Assembly (NCBI GenBank): GCA_042217585.1
Contig: JBDGSJ010000024.1
Span: 1 to 13,814 of the forward strand
Direction of reading: 5' to 3'
Length of the DNA: 13,814 bases
From: Candidatus Nanohaloarchaea archaeon
GTDB lineage: Archaea; Nanohalarchaeota; Nanosalinia; Nanosalinales; Nanosalinaceae
Position numbers and translations under genes: made by a program. This document shows, piece after piece, positions 6,923 through 13,814 of the stretch. How positions within the stretch are numbered: position 1 is the first letter of the stretch; every line of letters begins with the position of its first letter. Under the pieces are notes generated by a model. The model was given only the letters and a program-made list of their open reading frames with translations, searched no databases and was not told the DNA's origin.

Positions 6923-6967
6923 AAGGATAACTTCTCTCGTCCCCGTATAAATCTGTCCCGCGATGGA

Positions 6968-7720
6968 TCATGAGACGTACGAGGCCACTATATCCCTGAC
7001 TGTGGTCCGGACCACCTTGCCCTTCTCCTCGCTGAAGTACGGTCCCAGGTCGACGTCCTCCTCGACCGCGGACTCCGGGTCAACCCCGTAAAGCTCGGCC
7101 ATGTAGGCCGGGACCGTCTCCGAGCTCTCTGAGACGTTTCTCAGGGTGTTGGACTTGTCGAACAGCCGGGAGACCCTGTCTACCAGAGAATCCGCCACTA
7201 TAGCCTTGACGGTCCGTTCCTCGCCCGACATAGGCGTTCTTCGGGAGACCTCCATGTCCTCCCGGCGCCTGTCCCTTCTCAGTTCCTCGTATATGTCACC
7301 TGCCATGAGTAGGGCTTTCTGCCCCTCTTTCAACGTATCGAGGTCGAGGTCCTCTGAGCTGAAGGTGTTGGTCCTTAGCTCGTTTTCAGACTGCCTGGAC
7401 ATCTCCTGAAGTCGCTGAAGGTCCCTCTCTATCTCGGTCGATGTCTTCCTCGTCTTCTTCATCACCTCGTCTATCGATTCCTGAAGCGCGTGTTCCGCGA
7501 GGTCCTCGAAGCCGGAGAACCTGTCGTAATCCTGCCTGAAAACGTGGTCGTACATCTTCCTCTGCGGGGACCGGGTGGGCCAGTCCTCCTTCAGGTACTT
7601 GGCGACGCGGTTAAGCTCGTCTATCCTCTGAAGGTCGGCTCTGAACAGCCTCTCGCCTCTCTCAAGGACCGGTCTTCCCTCGAGGTCGTCGACGACCGTG
7701 GAGAAGTCGACCTCTCCCAT
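6968..7720 (-). CDS. Hypothetical alpha-helical/coiled-coil protein (250 aa, starting MGEVDF)
   Basis: The true start is taken as ATG 7720 because TTTTTTATTA (7750..7741) lies at leaderless spacing and the longer ORF overlaps aCPSF1 out of frame. Acidic composition matches the neighbouring genes. Confidence 0.8.
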   Translation of the reverse strand: MGEVDFSTVVDDLEGRPVLERGERLFRADLQRIDELNRVAKYLKEDWPTRSPQRKMYDHVFRQDYDRFSGFEDLAEHALQESIDEVMKKTRKTSTEIERDLQRLQEMSRQSENELRTNTFSSEDLDLDTLKEGQKALLMAGDIYEELRRDRRREDMEVSRRTPMSGEERTVKAIVADSLVDRVSRLFDKSNTLRNVSESSETVPAYMAELYGVDPESAVEEDVDLGPYFSEEKGKVVRTTVRDIVASYVS

Positions 7721-7740
7721 GAGTGTTATTTGCTCTGAAG

Positions 7741-7761
7741 TAATAAAAAAGAGGAGAAAAG
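7741..7761 (-). terminator. U-rich tract after aCPSF1, probably doubling as the TATA box of the next gene
   Basis: The minus strand reads CTTTTCTCCTCTTTTTTATTA just after the aCPSF1 stop codon. Confidence 0.45.
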
Positions 7762-7767
7762 GGATAT

Positions 7768-9645
7768 TCAGTTGAGGCGGATGGTCTCGAGGTTCTGCGG
7801 CGCCGACGTGTCTATGTGGAGCGCCTTGTGGAGACCTGACGCGAGTGAGAAGCACTTCTTCTCCTCCCCGTGGTTGCAGAGGATCTTGTTCGGGGAGGAC
7901 CTCAGGTTCCGGGCGAAGTTGATTATCTGCTGCCGGTCGCTGTGGGCCGAGAAGCCCGAGACAGTCGAGGTGTCGAGGTTGATATCCACCTTTTCGCCGT
8001 CGATAGAAACGCGGTCCCGGCCGTCCTGAATCCGCCTTCCGAGCGTTCCCTCGGCCTGGTAACCGACGAAGATCAGGGCGTTGTCGGGGTCGCTCGCCAG
8101 TTCCTGGAGGTACGAGAGGACGGGTCCGCCTGAAAGCATACCGGAGGTCGTCAGGATGATGCACGGACCTTCCTCGTAAACATCCTCGCGCTCCCTGTGG
8201 GAGCCGACGGAGTGAAGGTTGTCCTGGAGGAAGGGAGAGTTGTCCTCCTGGAAGACCTTTCTCTGGACCTTGTCGGATAGGTACTCGGGGTAGGCGGTGT
8301 GCAGGGCGTTCGCCGCCTTGATCATGCCGTCGATGTAGACAGGGTAGTCGAAGTAGTCCCTGCTCATCTCGTCGGCGAGGAGTCCGAGGACCTCCTGCGA
8401 CCTCCCGATCGCGAAGACCGGGACGATGACCTTTCCTCCCTTGTTCAGGGTCTGCTTGACCTTGGAGAGGAACTTCTTGTTCGCCTCGTCCCTCGGCTCC
8501 TGTTCGTCGTCCCTCCCGCCATAAGTGGACTCGGTTATCATCGTCTCGACGCGCTGGAAGTCCGTGTCGGCCTCGTTCAGCATCTCGGTCGAGTCGTAGT
8601 TGTAGTCCCCGGTGTACAGGATGTTGTGGAGTCCCTCACCGACGTGGAGGTGCACGAGCGAGGAGCCGATGATGTGACCCGAGTTCTTCAGCGTTAGCCT
8701 CATGTCCGGCGTTATATCCGTTACCTCGCCGTAGTCCGGGGTTATAGTACGTTTGACAGCTTTCTTGATGGCGCTGGAGTCGTAGGGCGCTTTGTTCTGC
8801 TCCGAATGGGCGAGCCCTATGTAGTCCAGCGTGAGCATTATCATGAGGTCCCTCGTCGGCTCCGTGGCGTAGAGCGGACCGTCGTAACCCATCTTGTACA
8901 GGTACGGTATCATCCCGCAGTGGTCCATGTGTGCGTGGGAGAGGACCACGGCGTCCAGTTTCCCGATGTCGAGCTCTGGCGCGTTCAGGTACGGGAAGTT
9001 CTCCGTCGTGCCGGGCTCCGCGCTCGGGTTTATACCGCAGTCCATCAGGATGTTTGATTCCTCGGTCTGTACAAGTATGCACGAGCGTCCTACCTGCCTG
9101 AAGCCCCCGAGAGCGGAGACGCGGACCCATTCATCGCCGACAGATTTCTTCAGCCTTATCTTCTCGCCGACGTCGTGGAGAAAATCCTTCCTGAACTCGG
9201 GGTCCTCGACCGTGAGTTCACGTGCCCGGTCGACTACCTTCGACTCTATCGCGGGTACGCGCTCGACCTGTGGAGCCCAGAGGGTCTTCTTCCTGATCTC
9301 CTGGAGACCGGACCCGTTCTTCCCGATAACCGCTCCGGGTTTCTCCGCCCTGACGACCATCTTGCCGAGCGAGGGCTGGAAGATGATCTCCTCTATCCCG
9401 GCCTCGTCGTCGACCATCTCGCGGAGAGTTTCCTCGGCCTTCTCCGGCTGCTTGAACAGCTTGGAGGAGGGCCTGACCTCTACTCTCTTCTTCACTTCTG
9501 AAACGATTTTCTTGACCGTATCGGAGTTGTCGAGGAAAAACTCCTTGCTGTCTGTGTAAATCACTATGTCTGATGCCTCGAACCTCAGGTCCGATACGTC
9601 CGCGTTAGCGGGCAGCAAATCCTTTACGTCTTCAAGTTCTTCCAT
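7768..9645 (-). CDS. fttA: aCPSF1 / FttA: KH-domain beta-CASP ribonuclease and transcription termination factor
   Basis: N-terminal KH domains (KPGAVIGKNG), LGGFRQVGRS, MBL motif HAHMDH, GHIIGS, YTGD, ESTYG, GRSQE, GFSAHSD and NHGE; directly downstream of psmB as in many archaea. Confidence 0.98.
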   Translation of the reverse strand: MEELEDVKDLLPANADVSDLRFEASDIVIYTDSKEFFLDNSDTVKKIVSEVKKRVEVRPSSKLFKQPEKAEETLREMVDDEAGIEEIIFQPSLGKMVVRAEKPGAVIGKNGSGLQEIRKKTLWAPQVERVPAIESKVVDRARELTVEDPEFRKDFLHDVGEKIRLKKSVGDEWVRVSALGGFRQVGRSCILVQTEESNILMDCGINPSAEPGTTENFPYLNAPELDIGKLDAVVLSHAHMDHCGMIPYLYKMGYDGPLYATEPTRDLMIMLTLDYIGLAHSEQNKAPYDSSAIKKAVKRTITPDYGEVTDITPDMRLTLKNSGHIIGSSLVHLHVGEGLHNILYTGDYNYDSTEMLNEADTDFQRVETMITESTYGGRDDEQEPRDEANKKFLSKVKQTLNKGGKVIVPVFAIGRSQEVLGLLADEMSRDYFDYPVYIDGMIKAANALHTAYPEYLSDKVQRKVFQEDNSPFLQDNLHSVGSHREREDVYEEGPCIILTTSGMLSGGPVLSYLQELASDPDNALIFVGYQAEGTLGRRIQDGRDRVSIDGEKVDINLDTSTVSGFSAHSDRQQIINFARNLRSSPNKILCNHGEEKKCFSLASGLHKALHIDTSAPQNLETIRLN

Positions 9646-9702
9646 CCTAAATACCTCTAGATTGGTGAATTACCAGATTACGTCGACCGGGACGAACGGT
9701 CC

Positions 9703-10353
9703 TTACTTCAGGACCGACTCGACTTCCTTCTCGTCCAGCACGGTGTAGCCGTCCTCCTCGGTTATCTCGACGACCATTATGCCGTTGCCGGAGGCGGTGT
9801 CCCTCTCCATCGCGGCCTGGACCGCTCTCGTGGCGACTTCACGTCCTTCCTCGTGGTCCAGATCCTCGTCGTAGTTGTCCTCGAGGACTCCGTAGGCCAT
9901 GGTGGACCCTGAACCGGTGGCGGTGAACTTCTCGTGCTTCATCAGTCCGCCGGTCGGGTCAAGGTCGTACAGCACTCCTCCCTCGTCGTTGATCCCTCCC
10001 AGGATGAACTGGTTCAGGAACGGCATCATCTTGTGCCTGTGGAGGATGTTCGCGAGCAGCGTGCCTGCTCCCTTGATGCTCAGTTCCTTCGTCTCGAGCT
10101 TGTGGAGGTTGAGCTGGGACCTCATTATCCTTACTATCTTCTGTGCGTCGCCGACGCTTCCCGCGATAGTCATACCTATCTGGTCGTCCAGCTGGTAGAT
10201 CTTCTTCGCGTACTTGGAAGCGGTCAGCCGTCCCATGGACGCCCTCCTGTCGGCGGCCATGATGACTCCGTCGCTGGTCGTAAGTGCGACTGTGGTGGTC
10301 CCGGTTTCGAGTTCGTCCATATCTTTCTCCTGCTTCATCTGGTTATTTCGCAT
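9703..10353 (-). CDS. psmB: Proteasome beta subunit precursor (about 18-aa propeptide)
   Basis: ETG|TTTV autocleavage site with catalytic Thr, AADRRAS, AGSVGDAQ, TGSGS and RDTASG; SD GGGGA. Confidence 0.98.
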   Translation of the reverse strand: MRNNQMKQEKDMDELETGTTTVALTTSDGVIMAADRRASMGRLTASKYAKKIYQLDDQIGMTIAGSVGDAQKIVRIMRSQLNLHKLETKELSIKGAGTLLANILHRHKMMPFLNQFILGGINDEGGVLYDLDPTGGLMKHEKFTATGSGSTMAYGVLEDNYDEDLDHEEGREVATRAVQAAMERDTASGNGIMVVEITEEDGYTVLDEKEVESVLK

Positions 10354-10417
10354 GGTAAATCCCCGAGAAATCCTTATGCATCAGAAGTTATCTGACAGTA
10401 AACGGTTGGGGCTTTAG

Positions 10418-10426
10418 ATTTAAATA
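10418..10426 (-). promoter_or_regulatory. TATA box of the psmB-aCPSF1 unit
   Basis: TATTTAAAT on the minus strand in the intergenic region. Confidence 0.5.
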
Positions 10427-10458
10427 GGTGTTGAGTTCGCGGAACCGTCGAACGGGTT

Positions 10459-11739
10459 TCAGGAGAGACGGTCGCTCAGGTCCTGGACCTCCTCCATCAC
10501 CTTCTCCCCGTCGATAGAACTGAACTCTCCATCTCTGTACAGTATCTCTCCCCCGACCATCGTCTCTGCGACCTCCGGCCCCGAGAACACGAGATCGGAC
10601 AGGACTCCTCTCGGACCGTAGTGCGGAGTCATCGCGACCTGGCCCAGTTCTACGGTGAACAGGTCCGCCTTCTTCCCCTCCTCGATGGAGCCTGTACGGT
10701 CCTCCATGCCGAGTATCTCCGCGGCGTTCACCGTCATCATGTCGAGGACCTCCTGCTCGGTCAATGTTTCCGGGTCATCCAGTTTCTGGAGCAGCGACGC
10801 GATCTTGCCTTCCTCGAGCATGTCGAGGCTGTTGTTGGAGGCTGGTCCGTCAGTGCCGATCCCGACCTGGAGGCGGCCCCCTAGTTCATCTATCTCAGCT
10901 ATCCCGGACCCGAGCTTGAGGTTGGCGGCGGGGTTGTGTGCGATACCTACCCCTCTTTCCTCAAGTATGTCCATGTCTTCCTCGGTGAGCCAGACGCCGT
11001 GGGCAGCTACAACATCTGGACCGAGGAGCCCGAGTTCCTCCAGGTGCTCTGTGGGAGTGGAGCCGTTCTCATCGATGCAGTCCTGGTTCTCCTTCTGAGT
11101 CTCCGACAGGTGTATGTGGTACGGCACGGCGTATTCATCGGCTATCTTTCGGGCGCCCTTCAGAAGTTCCGGTGAGCAGGTGTAGACCGCGTGAGGTCCC
11201 ACCGCGGGCGTTATCCGGTCCTCATCGGCGTTTTCCTCGATGAAATCCTCGCACTTCTTCAGCTGGTCCTGTATATCGTCCTCCATGTCCGCCAGTCCGT
11301 AGGAGATGACCGCTCTTATACCTGTTTGACGGACCGCGTCCGCTATCGCGTCGCAGTGGAAGTACATGTCGTTGAAGCAGGTGGTGCCGGTTTTCAGCAT
11401 CTCCGCGATCCCGAGTTCAGCGCCGTTCCGCACTTCCTCCTCTCCCAGTTTTTCTTCAGCGGGGAATATGTCCTCCTCGAGCCAGTCCTCCAGCCTTTTG
11501 TTGTCTGATATGCCGCGGAGGACCGTCATCGCGACGTGGGTGTGAAGGTTTATCAGGCCGGGGAATACTGCCCTGTCCGAGCAGTCGAGGACCTCTTCTC
11601 CCTCCAGTTCTTCTCCTATCTCGGCTATCTCGCCGTCCTTTATCCGTATGTCTTTATCCTCCAGGACCTTTCTCTCCGGGTCCTGTGTGAAGATGTACCT
11701 GCAGTTCCTCAGTACCTTCTCCCGGTGTTCCCCAGCCAT
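10459..11739 (-). CDS. mtaD: Metal-dependent amidohydrolase, 5'-methylthioadenosine/S-adenosylhomocysteine (5'-deoxyadenosine) deaminase-like, 426 aa
   Basis: PGLINLHTH, EMLKTGTTCFNDMY, PHAVYT, HIHLSET, AAHGV, HNPAANLKLGSG and GTDGPASNN. Start set at ATG 11739 because the longer ORF overlaps the helicase. Exact substrate is inferred. Confidence 0.88.
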   Translation of the reverse strand: MAGEHREKVLRNCRYIFTQDPERKVLEDKDIRIKDGEIAEIGEELEGEEVLDCSDRAVFPGLINLHTHVAMTVLRGISDNKRLEDWLEEDIFPAEEKLGEEEVRNGAELGIAEMLKTGTTCFNDMYFHCDAIADAVRQTGIRAVISYGLADMEDDIQDQLKKCEDFIEENADEDRITPAVGPHAVYTCSPELLKGARKIADEYAVPYHIHLSETQKENQDCIDENGSTPTEHLEELGLLGPDVVAAHGVWLTEEDMDILEERGVGIAHNPAANLKLGSGIAEIDELGGRLQVGIGTDGPASNNSLDMLEEGKIASLLQKLDDPETLTEQEVLDMMTVNAAEILGMEDRTGSIEEGKKADLFTVELGQVAMTPHYGPRGVLSDLVFSGPEVAETMVGGEILYRDGEFSSIDGEKVMEEVQDLSDRLS

Positions 11740-11806
11740 GTGGTTGGTGGCGGAGGTCCAATGACAAAAAGCTATCCCTCCATTTGTTTTACAGGTAAGA
11801 ACTGAG

Positions 11807-12922
11807 ATGGAGTTTTCGGATCTGAACGTTTCGGAAGATATTCTGGAGAATCTTGAGCAGCAGGGCATCACGAGCCCGACTGAAGTGCAGGAAAAATCGA
11901 TACCTGTCGTGAGGGCCGGGAAGGACGTGATGGTGGAGTCCGAGACGGGCTCTGGCAAGACGCTGGCCTTCTCCATCCCGATAATGGAGGACGTTGAGGG
12001 AGACGGTACGCAGGCGCTGGTCCTGTCCCCTACCCGTGAGCTCGCGAAGCAGATAAACCAGGAGATCGAGAACGCGGCAGGCGAGAACGTCGAGACCGTC
12101 ACTATCTATGGAGGAGTCTCATACGAGCCACAGATCGAGGGCGCGAGGACCGCCAACATCGTGGTGGGCACGCCGGGACGGATACTGGACCTGCTGAAGC
12201 AGGGGAAGCTTGAGGTCGGGGACATAGAGTACTTCGTCCTTGACGAGGCGGACCGGATGATGGACATGGGTTTCCAGGACGAACTGGAGCAGATAATAGA
12301 TTTCACGCCGGAGGACAGGCAGAACCTGCTTTTCGGCGCGACCATCCCCGGCTCGCTGAGAAAGATGTGCGACAGGTACAGCATAGACCCGGAGGAGGTC
12401 CGGATAAAGAAATCAGAACACACGAGGAACCTCGAGGAGAAGTACATCGACGCGAGGAGCAACACGAAGCTCTCCACGCTCTACACGCTCCTGAAGGAGA
12501 GGGAGAGGGATCTCTCGATAGTCTTCTGCAGGACGAAGAACACCACTCGGTGGCTTTCCGACATGCTGGAGAAGAACGGGATCGATGCCCACGAGCTGAA
12601 CGGCGACATGAGCCAGAACCAGAGGGAGAGGACCATGGAACGGTTCGAGAACGGGGAGTTCAGGGTGGTGGTCGCGACGGACGTCGCCGCGAGAGGCCTG
12701 GATATAGACAACGTAACCCACGTCTTCAACTACGACGTCCCTGACGACGCCGACACCTACACGCACCGCGTCGGAAGGGCCGGAAGGCAGGGGGCCGCCG
12801 GTGAAGCGATCACTATCCTGGAGAAGAAGGACCACTCGAAGTGGAGGAGGATAAAGAACCGGAAGGACGGGATCTCCCGGATGGACAAGGACGAACTGGA
12901 CCTGAAAGATGTCAGGACCTGA
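11807..12922 (+). CDS. DEAD-box RNA helicase (core only)
   Basis: Q motif PTEVQ, SETGSGKT, PTRELA, GG, TPGRILD, DEAD, motif III as GAT, VFCRTK, TDVAARGLD and HRVGRAGR. Confidence 0.97.
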   Translation: MEFSDLNVSEDILENLEQQGITSPTEVQEKSIPVVRAGKDVMVESETGSGKTLAFSIPIMEDVEGDGTQALVLSPTRELAKQINQEIENAAGENVETVTIYGGVSYEPQIEGARTANIVVGTPGRILDLLKQGKLEVGDIEYFVLDEADRMMDMGFQDELEQIIDFTPEDRQNLLFGATIPGSLRKMCDRYSIDPEEVRIKKSEHTRNLEEKYIDARSNTKLSTLYTLLKERERDLSIVFCRTKNTTRWLSDMLEKNGIDAHELNGDMSQNQRERTMERFENGEFRVVVATDVAARGLDIDNVTHVFNYDVPDDADTYTHRVGRAGRQGAAGEAITILEKKDHSKWRRIKNRKDGISRMDKDELDLKDVRT

Positions 12923-12938
12923 GCGATCAGGGATTCCA

Positions 12939-12976
12939 TATAAATAGGGGCGGAAAGAAAAACTGGACAGGAGGAG
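12939..12976 (+). promoter_or_regulatory. TATA box (TATAAATA) and SD (GGAGGAG) of the Cap15-like gene
   Basis: TATAAATA at 12939..12946 and GGAGGAG at 12970..12976, 7 nt before GTG 12984. Confidence 0.65.
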
Positions 12977-12983
12977 TTTCACC

Positions 12984-13562
12984 GTGCATCCCTATTCATC
13001 CGATTCCCGGGAGAAGTTCCGCGTCATCGGGAACCTGGCCGGTGCGAGCGTGCTTGTCTCCTACCTTATCTACCGTTACTTCGCGCCGCTGGAGGCTGGA
13101 GTACCGACTTTCCTTGTCTATATGCTACCATTGACGCTTTTCGGGGTTTTCTACAAGGTCTTCGAGAAGATGCTCTGGCGGAACAGGATAGCGAGAAAAA
13201 TCCTGGGTGTAAAAACGCCAGACCTGAACGGGAAGTGGGAGGGCGTGAGCGAGGACGAGGACCAGGAGAGCCTGCTGGTCGAGATCGAGCAGACCTGGTC
13301 GAAGATAAACATAGAGCTTACGAGCAAGAGCGCGGCCACCTTCAGCCACGCCGCCACACTCATGGAGGACGAGGACGACGACTTCTACCTCTGCTTCACC
13401 TACTCCAACCGGGACCGGCCGAGAGCCCCCGAGGACATAGAGGACCATATCGGTACCGCGTGGCTGGAACACGACGACTCCGGCGGCGACCAGACGCTTC
13501 AGGGGATCTACATAAACGGAAGGGAGGAGCGCGGAAGCATCAGGGTAGACCGCTCGATGTGA
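12984..13562 (+). CDS. Cap15-like SMODS-associating 2TM, beta-strand-rich (S-2TMbeta) membrane effector
   Basis: Two N-terminal TM helices, then FEKMLWR, PDLNGKWEG, IEQTWSKINI, FTYSN, HIGTAWL and LQGIY..GR..RGSI, which is the motif order of the Cap15 beta-barrel family. Confidence 0.82.
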   Translation: MHPYSSDSREKFRVIGNLAGASVLVSYLIYRYFAPLEAGVPTFLVYMLPLTLFGVFYKVFEKMLWRNRIARKILGVKTPDLNGKWEGVSEDEDQESLLVEIEQTWSKINIELTSKSAATFSHAATLMEDEDDDFYLCFTYSNRDRPRAPEDIEDHIGTAWLEHDDSGGDQTLQGIYINGREERGSIRVDRSM

Positions 13563-13814
13563 TCAGTGGAGAACACCGCCCTCCGGGACTTCTTCGTCCG
13601 GCGACAGGAGGACCGCGTTCCCGTCCTCATCGTTCACTCCGACCGTGAGCGCCTCAGAGACGAATCCCGCGATGTTGACCTCGCCGAGGTCCGTCGCGCA
13701 TAGCACCTGTCTCCCCACGAGCTCTCCGGGTTCATAGTTGTGGCCGAGCTGGGCTGCCGACTTCACGGTCTCCTCCCCGAGGTCTATCCACAGCTTCACC
13801 ATCTCCGGTTTCCT
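13563..13814 (-). CDS. csaA: CsaA/Trbp111-type tRNA-binding OB-fold protein, 5' end truncated by the window edge
   Basis: The frame is open to the window edge: RKPEMVKLWIDLG..KSAAQL..NY...ELVGRQVLC...IAGFVSEALTVG...VLLSPD..VPEG. Confidence 0.88.
   Translation of the reverse strand, partial: RKPEMVKLWIDLGEETVKSAAQLGHNYEPGELVGRQVLCATDLGEVNIAGFVSEALTVGVNDEDGNAVLLSPDEEVPEGGVLH

Noticed and set aside
7721..8164. N-terminal extension of the 398-aa ORF (6968..8164)
   Set aside because: It overlaps aCPSF1 out of frame with an Arg/Pro-rich shadow sequence; a TATA box supports ATG 7720 as the start.
11740..12102. N-terminal extension of the 547-aa amidohydrolase ORF
   Set aside because: It is antisense to the DEAD-box helicase; family similarity begins only after M at 11739.
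348..13648. Many antisense and alternate-frame ORFs (e.g. 358..888, 1230..1958, 3563..4090, 8894..9559, 12413..12982)
   Set aside because: They are shadow ORFs expected from GC-rich, GAG/GAC-biased coding; they are Ser-, Leu- or Arg-rich and lie over well-supported genes.
1..13814. CRISPR array, IS element, integrase or CD-NTase
   Set aside because: I saw no repeat-spacer pattern, terminal inverted repeats, transposase or integrase motifs, or nucleotidyltransferase GS...DxD motif; nearly all bases are accounted for by other genes.

Overview
Gene-dense, GC-rich archaeal window with a strongly acidic (salt-in) proteome. It most likely comes from a nanohaloarchaeon (DPANN); this is an inference from the acidic proteins, a complete exosome core (absent from Halobacteria), tRNA-Ile(UAU) and frequent ATA/AGG codons. 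Left to right: an intron-containing tRNA-Ile(UAU) on the minus strand with a structured ~70-nt leader that can form a kink-turn; the conserved proteasome/exosome superoperon (psmA, two inserted and apparently paralogous membrane proteins, SBDS, rrp4, rrp41, rrp42, rpl37ae, rpoP, pcc1, pfdB) followed by a UPF0147 gene and sepF; a convergent minus-strand block (MTA/SAH-type deaminase, psmB, aCPSF1/FttA, a 250-aa helical orphan, a small zinc-finger protein); a DEAD-box helicase; a stand-alone CBASS Cap15-like (2TM plus beta-barrel) effector with no nucleotide cyclase beside it; and a truncated CsaA-type tRNA-binding protein. Best leads: the orphan Cap15-like gene, the K-turn leader and tRNA-Ile(UAU) transcript, and the paralogous membrane pair inside the superoperon. 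All family calls come from motif recognition by eye; no searches were run.
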